Of a stretch of 64,000 bases of DNA, positions 38,657 to 47,466 are shown in pieces (positions within the stretch are counted from its first letter, which is position 1; every line of letters starts with the position of its first letter). Below the pieces are notes generated by a model that was not told the DNA's origin, searched no databases, and saw only the letters and a list, made by a program, of their open reading frames with translations. A program made the position numbers and the translations under genes. Origin of the DNA: a bacterium (GTDB lineage: Bacteria; JACRDZ01; JAQUKH01). Location: positions 2,876 to 66,875 of the forward strand of contig JBFMCF010000068.1 in the NCBI GenBank assembly GCA_040754625.1, given 5' to 3'.

Positions 38657-39676
38657 ATGGGTGAACTTCGCAAAGATCCGATTCTGGAACGTTGGGTAAT
38701 CATAGCGAGCGAACGGTCAAAAAGGCCGGGGGGATTTTTTAAAGAGGCAAGAATAACTGATAAAACAGATCCGGATAAATGTCCTTTCTGCCCGGGGCAT
38801 GAATCAATGACTCCTCCTGAAATTTTCAGCCTGCGCGACCCGGGAAAAAATGGCTGGAAAACGCGGGTCATCCCGAACAAATACCTGGCGTTAAGCATAG
38901 ATAACCCCTTTATAAAAAAAGGCAAAGGGATGTATGATATGATGACAAATTTCGGCGCTCATGAAGTTTTAATTGAAACTCCAAACCATGAAAAAGAAGC
39001 CAAAGACCAGTCAAAGGAAGAAATAGTTACATGGCTTTCTGTTCTGCAGCACAGGACGGAAGATTTATCCAAGGACCAGAGGTTCCGGCATCTTTTGATA
39101 TTTAAAAATAAAGGGAAGGCGGCAGGCGCTTCATTGACTCATCCTCATCATCAAATTATGGCGACTCCCATAACGCCCAAAAGAGTAAGAGAAGAATTAA
39201 ACGGGGCGTTTCATTATTATAGTATGAAAGAAAGATGCATTTTTTGCGATATTATCAACCAGGAAAAATCTGACGGGGAAAGGATTGTTTATGAGAATGA
39301 GGCATACATAAGTTTTTGTCCCTTCGCGTCAAGATTCCCTTATGAAATATGGATATTGCCGAAAACTCATGAGATTGATTTTTTCGCGAAAAGCGTAAAT
39401 GATTCTTTGCATCTGCTGGCGGAACACCTTAAAATAGTTCTTCAGAAATTATCCGGTGTTTTAGGCGACCCGGATTATAATTATATTTTCCATAACTCGC
39501 CCAACAGGATACCACGAAGGGATTACTGGCATACTATAAAGGACGATTACCACTGGCATATCGAACTCCTGCCAAAATTAACGACAATCGCGGGTTTTGA
39601 ATGGGGCACGGGTTTTTTCATAAATCCACTCGCGCCTGAAGATGCCGCAAAGGAATTAAGGGAAGCAAAAATATGA
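38657..39676 (+). CDS. galT: Galactose-1-phosphate uridylyltransferase family (HIT superfamily; nucleotide-sugar:hexose-1-P nucleotidyltransferase/phosphorylase)
   Basis: 339 aa. Contains the zinc motif CPFCPGHE and the active site HPHHQIMA (HxHxQ), with duplicated HIT-like halves. Confidence 0.8.
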   Translation: MGELRKDPILERWVIIASERSKRPGGFFKEARITDKTDPDKCPFCPGHESMTPPEIFSLRDPGKNGWKTRVIPNKYLALSIDNPFIKKGKGMYDMMTNFGAHEVLIETPNHEKEAKDQSKEEIVTWLSVLQHRTEDLSKDQRFRHLLIFKNKGKAAGASLTHPHHQIMATPITPKRVREELNGAFHYYSMKERCIFCDIINQEKSDGERIVYENEAYISFCPFASRFPYEIWILPKTHEIDFFAKSVNDSLHLLAEHLKIVLQKLSGVLGDPDYNYIFHNSPNRIPRRDYWHTIKDDYHWHIELLPKLTTIAGFEWGTGFFINPLAPEDAAKELREAKI

Positions 39677-39703
39677 AGATGTGTGGAATATCATTGCTAT
39701 TGA

Positions 39704-40087
39704 TTAATTCTTTTTTTCAATATATTTTACGCCGGGCAGGTTTTTGAAATGTTCGTCCTGCGTCCATAAAATTGCCTTGTGTTTTAAAGTAACCGCGTAA
39801 ATAAAGCTGTCTGCCATAGGGATTTTGTATTCATAACTTAGCCTGGCTGCTTTTATCGCGGTTGAATCGTCGATGTTTTCTATTTGATAGTTTTTAAAAA
39901 CGGCTATAACCTGTAAAGCCCTGTCCTCGTCCGCTTCGACCAATATCTTTTTGAATATTTCATAAATTATTATTACCGGGATTATAATCGTGCTTGTTTT
40001 GTTTAAAATAACTTCGGCGAAGAAATCAGCACTTTTTCCGTCGGAAAAATATTCCAGCCAGCCGCTTGAATCAATTATAATATTCAT
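39704..40087 (-). CDS. vapC: PIN-domain toxin VapC
   Basis: 127 aa. Contains the N-terminal IIIDSSGWLEY acidic residue and a C-terminal WTQDEHF motif. The ATG overlaps the vapB stop. Confidence 0.8.
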   Translation of the reverse strand: MNIIIDSSGWLEYFSDGKSADFFAEVILNKTSTIIIPVIIIYEIFKKILVEADEDRALQVIAVFKNYQIENIDDSTAIKAARLSYEYKIPMADSFIYAVTLKHKAILWTQDEHFKNLPGVKYIEKKN

Positions 40088-40290
40088 GTCCTGTCATCTT
40101 CCCTTGAAATTTCAGTATTTATATTTTTCAAAAAACCGCGCATCGATTTTATATCTTTTTCTCTGATCATTTCGATCCTTTCTTCATAAGGAAGAATAAT
40201 CATTTTTTCCCCTGACTTTAATTTATATCTCTTTCTGATGTTTTTTGGAATTACAACCTGAAATTTCGGCGATATTTTCACTGCCTCCAT
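40084..40290 (-). CDS. vapB: AbrB/SpoVT-family antitoxin VapB
   Basis: 68 aa. VKISPKFQVVIPKNIRKRYKLKSGEKMIIL is the swapped-hairpin AbrB motif. Confidence 0.8.
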   Translation of the reverse strand: MEAVKISPKFQVVIPKNIRKRYKLKSGEKMIILPYEERIEMIREKDIKSMRGFLKNINTEISREDDRT

Positions 40291-40301
40291 AAATTCTCCT
40301 T

Positions 40302-40339
40302 ATCGATTGATATATTGTAATACGATTATATCATCGATT
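40302..40339. promoter_or_regulatory. Imperfect inverted repeat in the vapBC promoter region (likely VapB operator)
   Basis: ATCGATTGATATA (40302-40314) pairs with TATATCATCGAT (40327-40338). The arms are complementary apart from a 1-nt deletion. The repeat lies 12-50 nt upstream of the vapB ATG. Confidence 0.45.
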
Positions 40340-40436
40340 GCATAAATGTCAAGAGTTTAAATTTGTTTATACCTTAAAAATCAATAGAATATTATGGTTA
40401 AGAGGAGTAAAATATAAAAAACAGTTTATAAACCAT

Positions 40437-43400
40437 ATGTTTAAAATTGGACAGATCGTTTCCTTAAAATCGAACCAGGAATTACGCGGGGCCGTAATAG
40501 AAATCATACCGGGTCAGCCCGAAGATCGCTGTACTGTTTTTCTTAGCGGTACTAAACAGACATTTTATGCCTCTCAACTTCAACCGGAAACAGAAAGAAC
40601 AGCGGAATATGAGCATCTTCCCGTTGATTATTTCCATGCCCGTTTAACTGCTCTCCAAATCCGCCATCCGGGTTTATCCGCCTTATATTCTTTAAATGCC
40701 GCCAGGGTTGATTTTATCCCGTATCAATACAGGCCGGTTTTGAAATTTATTCGTTCCGATCGTCCACGCTTGCTTATCGCGGACAGCGTTGGAGTGGGAA
40801 AAACCATAGAAGCCGGGCTTATTCTGCGGGAGTTGCAATCACGGCGGGACATTCGATCAATTCTTATTATATGTCCCCGGCCGCTTGTTATCGAGCGAAA
40901 ATGGGAAACAGAGATGAAACGTTTTGACGAACGTTTCACTTCTCTGGATGGTAAAACCCTTAGATACTGCATCAGTGAAATGGATAAGGATGGGTATTGG
41001 CCGGACCAGTATCAGAAGGTTATAATTCCCTATTCTCTGTTTGATGAAACTCTTTTGAATGGAAAAAATGGCGAAAAAAAGAAATATCTCAAGGGACTTT
41101 TGGATTTAGACCCGGCCCCGCGTTTTGACGTGGTAATTATTGATGAAGCCCATCATGTAAGAAATCCGGAAACTTATGCTCACAAAGTGGTACGGTTTTT
41201 CTGCGATAACGCGGAGGCGGTTTTATTTCTTACGGCCACTCCGATTCAGTTAGGAAGCGATGATCTCTTTGTACTGCTGAACCTGCTCCGTTCGGATTTG
41301 ATTATTGACCGGGAAAGTTTTAGCCTTATGGCGGAACCTAATCCATTTATCAATAGAGCTGTTGCCTATGTGCGTTCAGCATCTTCCGACTGGATTAAAA
41401 ATGCCTTGAGTTCATTAAACGAGGCGGCGGCAACTCAATGGGGCGGGCTAGTCCTTAAGAATAATCCGGAATTTCAGAGGATTGTGGGATTACTTCAAAA
41501 AGGAGAAATTTCTCCAGATGAGCGGGTTGGAATCATAAATAACCTCGAAAGTTTGCATACTTTCTCAAGGCTGATAAACCGAACCCGGAGGCGGGACATC
41601 GGTGAGTTTACCATGCGCAAGCCCGAAACTGTAAGTGTGGATTTTACGCCTTCGCAGAAAAAACTTCATGACGAATTGCTGGAAGTTCAGGCTAAAATTC
41701 TTGCTCTTTTACACGGCGATGTGAATGTGAAATTTATGATGACTACAATTTGCCGCCAAGCTGCAAGCTGTCTTTATGGCCTGGCTCCATTTATTGAGGA
41801 TAGGTTAACTGGCAAGTTGGATGATTTGGACGATGTAGATAATAACAATGGTATTCTTGATGCAAAAACCATTGAGGAAATAAAAGGCCAGGTTCAGGGG
41901 ATAATAAAACAAGCGGAGAATCTCGATCCCTATGACCCGAAGCTGGAAGCTTTAAAAAAAGTTGTCCGGGACAAACAGAAACTTATAAACAACAAGGTCA
42001 TGCTTTTTAGTACATTCAGGCATACTTTGAACTATTTATACCGACATTTGCAATCCGACGGTTTCCGGGTGGGGCTTGTCCATGGCGGTGTCCCGGATGA
42101 GGAACGCAGGTCGTTGCGCGACCGCTTTCAATTGGAAAAGACTGATGTAAGTGCTCTTGATATATTGCTCTTCTCCGAGATTGGCTGTGAGGGTTTGGAT
42201 TACCAGTTTTGCGATTGCCTGACAAACTATGATTTGCCATGGAATCCCATGCGTATCGAACAACGAATAGGCCGGATAGACAGAAACGGCCAGCGGAGTG
42301 AAAGCGTAATCATTTATAATTTTGTTACACCCGGCACCATTGACGCGGAAATTTATAATCGCTGTCTGCTTCGCATAGGCATTTTTAACAGCGCGCTTGG
42401 CGGCAGTGAAGAGATATTGGGTGAGATAAACCGGGAAATAAGGGACATTGCCGAAAATATCAGCCTGAGCGCGGAAGAACGACAGGAAAAATTTCAACAG
42501 CTCGCCGATAACAAAATAAGGTTGCTAAGGGAACAGGAGGAACTTGAAGAAAAACAGGTTGAATTTTTCGGCATCAGGCTTCCCGCCAATCAATTCAAGA
42601 AGGAAGTCGAAGAAGCATCCAGTTTCTGGCTTACACCCGGTTCCATCCAAAATATTATCTCCTGCTATTTAAAAACAATTTATTCTAAAGAACAAGAACT
42701 GATTCTTGGAGAGAAGGCGTTAAAAACCCTGCGGTTGTCCCAGGAAGCCAGAAACCGGCTTATTCAGGATTTGAATAAATTGCCGCGAGAAACAACGCCC
42801 GGTTACAGGGAATGGGAAAAATGGCTTAAGGGTAACGATCCTCTTCTACCCATTACTTTTGATTCCGACTGTGCTTCCAAAAATCCAAAAGCGGCTTTTA
42901 TTACACCGGTGCACCCTATTGTCCGTCAGTCCGCGATGGCCTTCGATACGGGGAATATGGCGGCTATATCTCTTACCGTTAAAGACAATTCTGTACCGGC
43001 CGGGATTTATCCTTTCGTGATTTATCAATGGCACTATCAGGGCATACTGGAGGATGTGATCTTGCAGCCGGTTACTCTGTCGGAAAAATTAAATACCCGC
43101 CTTGTACAATTGTTGGAAAAAGCAGAAGAAATGGCATCGGGTCTTTCGGCCACCCCGGATAGTTCAGCTTTGAATGAGCTTGATAATCAGCACCGCAAAC
43201 TGTGGTCGGAGGCCGTGGAAACTCACCGGAAGCGCACGGAAGAGCAGGTCAATTATAAGCGGGAGAGCCTTAACACAAGCCACAAGGCTAGAATTTCCCT
43301 GCTTAACGAACAGCTTTCCCAGGCTAAGGAAGAAAATATCAAGCGCATGCGCAATTTCCAGATTGCAAACGCCGAAGCAGATTATAACGGACTGATTGCC

Positions 43401-43481
43401 AAGCTGGACGCCGCCGTTAAACAGGCGGATATCAGGTTTCAGCAGGTGGCGTGCGGGGTTATTAAGATAGAGGGAGTTTAG
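40437..43481 (+). CDS. SNF2/SWI2-family superfamily-2 helicase with N-terminal SH3/Tudor-like module and about 330-aa coiled-coil C-terminal extension
   Basis: Motif I LIADSVGVGKTIEAG, motif II VVIIDEAHHVRN, motif III LFLTATPIQ, motif VI QRIGRIDRNGQ. The first ATG is 40437 (MFKIGQIVSLKS) and has no good RBS. The track ORF opens at TTG 40338, so the start is uncertain. Confidence 0.85.
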   Translation: MFKIGQIVSLKSNQELRGAVIEIIPGQPEDRCTVFLSGTKQTFYASQLQPETERTAEYEHLPVDYFHARLTALQIRHPGLSALYSLNAARVDFIPYQYRPVLKFIRSDRPRLLIADSVGVGKTIEAGLILRELQSRRDIRSILIICPRPLVIERKWETEMKRFDERFTSLDGKTLRYCISEMDKDGYWPDQYQKVIIPYSLFDETLLNGKNGEKKKYLKGLLDLDPAPRFDVVIIDEAHHVRNPETYAHKVVRFFCDNAEAVLFLTATPIQLGSDDLFVLLNLLRSDLIIDRESFSLMAEPNPFINRAVAYVRSASSDWIKNALSSLNEAAATQWGGLVLKNNPEFQRIVGLLQKGEISPDERVGIINNLESLHTFSRLINRTRRRDIGEFTMRKPETVSVDFTPSQKKLHDELLEVQAKILALLHGDVNVKFMMTTICRQAASCLYGLAPFIEDRLTGKLDDLDDVDNNNGILDAKTIEEIKGQVQGIIKQAENLDPYDPKLEALKKVVRDKQKLINNKVMLFSTFRHTLNYLYRHLQSDGFRVGLVHGGVPDEERRSLRDRFQLEKTDVSALDILLFSEIGCEGLDYQFCDCLTNYDLPWNPMRIEQRIGRIDRNGQRSESVIIYNFVTPGTIDAEIYNRCLLRIGIFNSALGGSEEILGEINREIRDIAENISLSAEERQEKFQQLADNKIRLLREQEELEEKQVEFFGIRLPANQFKKEVEEASSFWLTPGSIQNIISCYLKTIYSKEQELILGEKALKTLRLSQEARNRLIQDLNKLPRETTPGYREWEKWLKGNDPLLPITFDSDCASKNPKAAFITPVHPIVRQSAMAFDTGNMAAISLTVKDNSVPAGIYPFVIYQWHYQGILEDVILQPVTLSEKLNTRLVQLLEKAEEMASGLSATPDSSALNELDNQHRKLWSEAVETHRKRTEEQVNYKRESLNTSHKARISLLNEQLSQAKEENIKRMRNFQIANAEADYNGLIAKLDAAVKQADIRFQQVACGVIKIEGV

Positions 43482-43484
43482 AGA

Positions 43485-46400
43485 ATGACGAGTGATTATG
43501 GATATAGATATGAATGGTTTGAAGCATTAAAAAAAGACCGTGAGGAAAACGCTAGAGTACTAGAAAAACCTTCACTGGAGGAGACTAAACGTATCGTTTC
43601 AGAAATGTATTCCAAACAAGCTCATTTTATTTACGAATTATTGCAAAATGCGAGCGATGCCAAGGCGACAAAAATTAAATTTGTCTTGAAGAAGAACGGG
43701 CTTATATTTAAGCATAACGGAGCAGTTAGATTTAGTATTAGCGATCCACAAAAGGAAAGAGAAGATAAGAAAAATGGGAAGTTGGGGCACATTAATGCCA
43801 TTACCTCTGTGGCGCAAACTTCGAAAGGCCCTGAAGAAATAGGGAAATTTGGGTTAGGATTTAAGGCTGTATTTAAGTACACTGAAACACCAGAAATTTA
43901 CGATCCTAATTTTAAGTTTAAAATAGAGCGCTTTATTGTTCCTGTCGAGATAGAAAAGGATCATGAACTTCGGGAAAATGAAGAAACTCTGTTTTATTTC
44001 CCGTTTAATTTATCATCCAAACCATCCAAAGACGCCTATGAAGAAATCATGGAGAGATTAAAGCAGTTAGAAAATCCTTTATTATTTCTTGCTGGAGTGA
44101 TTGAGTGGAGTTGTGAAGGTAATGAAAGCGGAGTTTATTATAAAGACGAAAAGGCTTACCCAATTATAGATACCATAGAAGAAATAAACGGAGATGTTTT
44201 CTCAAGAAAGTTCCTGGTGTTTAAATCAAACAAAAATTGTTATGATGCAAGAATCGCATACCCAATAGTAAAAGAAAATGATAAAGAAGTACTAAAATCG
44301 AATCAAAAATTTCCTGCATATTATTTTTTCCCAACAAAAGAATCCACAGAATTAAAATTTATTTTACACGGGCGTTTTGATCTGACTGAAAACAGAGAAA
44401 ATATTAGAGAAAATAGCTGGAATAAAGAGCCAATCAAAGAATTGGCTTCCTTAGTCTGCGAAAGTTTACCAATAATTAAAAGCATGGGCTGGTTAAATGC
44501 TGGTTTTTTGGAAATCCTTCCCTTAGACTGTGATAGCTTACATGATAACCACATGTTTAGACCTATTTATGATGCTGTGCGGAATGCGTTATTCACACAA
44601 CCATTGTTGCCAACCAATGATGGCGGCTTTGTGTCTGCTAACCAGGCCAAATTGGCACGAGGGGCAGATTTGAGAAATCTATTATCCAGTGACCAATTAC
44701 AGCGACTATTTTCTTCTGAACGGCCACTGCGTTGGATTACCGGAGAAATTACAAAGGATTCATCCTCCGATTTACATTCTTATCTCATAAAAGAATTGAA
44801 TATACAGGAAGTTACTCCTGAAATGCTGGCTGGCAAACTTACGGAAATCTTTCTGGAAGCGCAAACCGATGAGGAGATGATTGAGTTGTACAAATTCTTT
44901 TTGAATAAAGAGTCCTTATGGCGTAGCAATATGCCTTTTATTCGCCGAAGCGATAATCAACATGTAAAACCTTTCAAAGATAACGGCGATCCCAACATTT
45001 ACATCTCCCTTAAAGAATCATCCGAACTCCCAATCGTAAAGCAAGAAATAGTTAGGGATGAGCAGGCTCGGGATTTTTTAAAAAAATTGGGTATTCCCGA
45101 ACTTGATAATGTAGCGGAGATAATCGGGAAAATTTTGCCAAAATATAAAAATGGTGGTGTGCAATTATTATCGGATGAGGAACATAAGAATGATATTTTT
45201 AAAATATTACAGGCATTAAAAACGGATTCACAAACAAAAAAAGAAAAGCTTATTAATGAATTCAAAGAAACGCCATTTCTCCTCGCCAAAAATGCCTCTT
45301 CAATGGAATCGGCTTATAGAAAACCAGGGGAGATTTACTTTCGATCCGCGGATTTAGAAATTTATTTTCAGGGCAATCCCAACGCCTGGTTTTTGAATGA
45401 ACCGGATGCAGAGAATAATATGGTTTTTAAAGAATTGGGTGTAGCGGATTCAGTGCGGGTAAAGACGAGGAGCACGGATAGGGTTGGAAATGTCATAATA
45501 AGAGATGAGCATCGTCGCAACACCGAGGGGCATATACGTGGCCTTCACGGGTTTGATCCAGACTGCACAATCGATGGTCTTGAACACGCACTTTCCCAAA
45601 TAACAAAAGAAAAGGCGATCTTTATTTGGAATAGGCTTGCTATCCCAAATATAAACAATATATCAGGAACTATTGAAAAGTCGAAATATAAAGATTATAA
45701 ACCAAGCGACAAACAGGGAGATCAACCCTCTAAAATGGGGGAACTGTTACGTTCAAATGCCTGGTTGCCTGGTGATAATGGAAAATTTGTTAATCCGCGT
45801 GAGATTACTCTTGAAAGTCTTCCAAGCGAATTTGAATCCAGCAAAGACTTGGCTGGAAAATTAATGATGAAGAGTAGCCCGGTGGAAACAGATGAAATTT
45901 TTGGTTTTAATCGTAAAGATATTTTTGAAGCAATAGAACAGGATCCAGATTGGCTGAGGGAACTTATGGCTCGCCAAAGCAAAAAGCCCGAATTTCCAGA
46001 CGAACCGGTTTCATACTCCTCGCGCAGGGAAGGAAAGGTAACTGAAGAAATTGAAGGTGCCACAGTTAAGTCGTATGGACCAAAGGTGAGAAGCGTCAGA
46101 ACATCCGAAAATAGCATTGATCCGGTTACCTGGTTAAGAAATCAATATACCAACTCTAATGAGGAAATGATTTGTCAGATATGCAAAGATGCTATGCCTT
46201 TTAAGAAACGCGATGGGCAATACTATTTTGAAAAGGTAGAAATACTATCCAGAGATCATTTTACCAAAGAACACGTAGCTCAATGGCTTGCCCTGTGTCC
46301 TGAATGTGCGGCTAGGTATCATGAATTTATAAAAAATGATCCTGAAAAAAAGGAGATGCAAAAAATTAAATCTGCTCTGGTTTCAGATAAGCCGGAGATT

Positions 46401-46508
46401 AGCATTTCTCTTGGAGAACTTAAAACAACCATTCGATTTACAGATAAACATTTTTCTGATTTAAAAACAATTACCAAAAATTATGATAAAGACGGAGGTA
46501 GACAATAG
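43485..46508 (+). CDS. Sacsin/NO-VEIN-type GHKL (Bergerat-fold) ATPase, 1007 aa, with C-terminal CxxC...CxxC zinc ribbon
   Basis: N-box FIYELLQNASDAKATKI and G-box IGKFGLGFKAVFKYT match the sacsin-type HATPase signature (ELxQNAxDA / GxFGxGFxSVF). The C-terminus is CQICKDAMPF...(about 45 aa)...CPECAARYHEF. The gene starts 3 nt after the SNF2 stop, with a GAGGGAG RBS inside the upstream gene. Confidence 0.8.
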   Translation: MTSDYGYRYEWFEALKKDREENARVLEKPSLEETKRIVSEMYSKQAHFIYELLQNASDAKATKIKFVLKKNGLIFKHNGAVRFSISDPQKEREDKKNGKLGHINAITSVAQTSKGPEEIGKFGLGFKAVFKYTETPEIYDPNFKFKIERFIVPVEIEKDHELRENEETLFYFPFNLSSKPSKDAYEEIMERLKQLENPLLFLAGVIEWSCEGNESGVYYKDEKAYPIIDTIEEINGDVFSRKFLVFKSNKNCYDARIAYPIVKENDKEVLKSNQKFPAYYFFPTKESTELKFILHGRFDLTENRENIRENSWNKEPIKELASLVCESLPIIKSMGWLNAGFLEILPLDCDSLHDNHMFRPIYDAVRNALFTQPLLPTNDGGFVSANQAKLARGADLRNLLSSDQLQRLFSSERPLRWITGEITKDSSSDLHSYLIKELNIQEVTPEMLAGKLTEIFLEAQTDEEMIELYKFFLNKESLWRSNMPFIRRSDNQHVKPFKDNGDPNIYISLKESSELPIVKQEIVRDEQARDFLKKLGIPELDNVAEIIGKILPKYKNGGVQLLSDEEHKNDIFKILQALKTDSQTKKEKLINEFKETPFLLAKNASSMESAYRKPGEIYFRSADLEIYFQGNPNAWFLNEPDAENNMVFKELGVADSVRVKTRSTDRVGNVIIRDEHRRNTEGHIRGLHGFDPDCTIDGLEHALSQITKEKAIFIWNRLAIPNINNISGTIEKSKYKDYKPSDKQGDQPSKMGELLRSNAWLPGDNGKFVNPREITLESLPSEFESSKDLAGKLMMKSSPVETDEIFGFNRKDIFEAIEQDPDWLRELMARQSKKPEFPDEPVSYSSRREGKVTEEIEGATVKSYGPKVRSVRTSENSIDPVTWLRNQYTNSNEEMICQICKDAMPFKKRDGQYYFEKVEILSRDHFTKEHVAQWLALCPECAARYHEFIKNDPEKKEMQKIKSALVSDKPEISISLGELKTTIRFTDKHFSDLKTITKNYDKDGGRQ

Positions 46509-46625
46509 GAGGGGCAACCATGGGTCTGTCTGCTGCAGGCAGGGAGCTGCCCCTACGTTTAACGATCCAGAAATATTTGTAACCCATGAAATTCAACCCC
46601 GACATCCATCCCGCACAAAAATAAC

Positions 46626-46654
46626 TTGACAAGTGAATAACATCTGGCTAAAAT
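46626..46654 (+). promoter_or_regulatory. Consensus sigma70 promoter of the abiE operon
   Basis: TTGACA (46626-46631), 17-nt spacer, TAAAAT (46649-46654). Confidence 0.6.
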
Positions 46655-46657
46655 ACC

Positions 46658-46693
46658 AATTATCGGCAATATATTTAATTATTGCCGATAATT
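46658..46693. promoter_or_regulatory. Perfect 14-bp inverted repeat (putative AbiEi operator)
   Basis: AATTATCGGCAATA (46658-46671), 8-nt spacer, TATTGCCGATAATT (46680-46693). It lies immediately downstream of the -10 element and 13 nt before the abiEi-like ATG. Confidence 0.6.
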
Positions 46694-46706
46694 TGATGGT
46701 GAGAAT

Positions 46707-47462
46707 ATGATAAATAAAACCGATACTGAAGAATTTATTGAATATTTTAAAAAAGAGAAATCATTTACCGCGAATGATGTTTATCATTTTTTTAATAATA
46801 TCCGGCAGGGTATAAAAAGATCTACGGTGAACTGGCGGATATATAATTATATTCAGCAGGGGATATTGCGCAGAGTCGGCCGGGGTGTTTATATAACGGG
46901 GGAAAGCAGAAATTTCACGCCTGTTCAAGATGAAAAGCAAAAAATTATAGCGTTTCAAATAAAAAAACAATTTCCTTTTGCCACGTTTTGTTCCTGGAGA
47001 TTGTCTATCCTGAAAGAGTTGTTTCAACACGTGCCCGCGATTAATTTTCTGATTGTTGAAGTTGAAAAAGACAGTTTAGACGCGGTCTTCCATTTTCTAA
47101 AAGAATCGAAAAAAAATACATTTAAAGAACCATCAAAAAACATAGTAGAAGATTTTGTCTGCGGAACGGATACTGCCATAGTTGTTAAAACGATGATAAG
47201 TGAATCGCCCGTGTTACAAATCGACGGTATAACCATTCCGGCTCTGGAAAAAATTTTGGTTGATTTATATATTGAGAGAGATATTTTCTATTTTCTCCAA
47301 GGTATCGAATTGTTAAACGTTTTTAAAAATGCCGCTGGGAAATACACGATTAATCGTAATAAAATGCTGCGTTATGCCAAAAGAAGAGGAAAAGAAACAG
47401 AAATCGAAAATATATTAATGCAAATAAACGGCAACAATCTACAAAAATTGACAATAATTTGA
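46707..47462 (+). CDS. abiEi: AbiEi-like antitoxin / transcriptional regulator (N-terminal wHTH)
   Basis: 251 aa. FTANDVYHFF...STVNWRIYNYIQQGILRRVGRGVY matches the AbiEi N-terminal wHTH pattern (..G.l.RvgRGvY). It ends 4 nt before the AbiEii gene. Confidence 0.65.
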   Translation: MINKTDTEEFIEYFKKEKSFTANDVYHFFNNIRQGIKRSTVNWRIYNYIQQGILRRVGRGVYITGESRNFTPVQDEKQKIIAFQIKKQFPFATFCSWRLSILKELFQHVPAINFLIVEVEKDSLDAVFHFLKESKKNTFKEPSKNIVEDFVCGTDTAIVVKTMISESPVLQIDGITIPALEKILVDLYIERDIFYFLQGIELLNVFKNAAGKYTINRNKMLRYAKRRGKETEIENILMQINGNNLQKLTII

Positions 47463-47466
47463 AATT

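Noticed and set aside
40338-40436. The TTG start at 40338 for the SNF2 gene, and the AAGAGGAG box at about 40399 as its RBS
   Set aside because: The 33 extra residues are not helicase-like, and no canonical start codon follows the Shine-Dalgarno-like box at a proper distance. The first ATG (40437) is retained, but the start remains uncertain.
46519-46584. A 20-codon ORF (MGLSAAGRELPLRLTIQKYL) between the GHKL gene and the abiE promoter
   Set aside because: It is too short, has no RBS, and coincides with a GC-rich hairpin that is better explained as a terminator/insulator structure.
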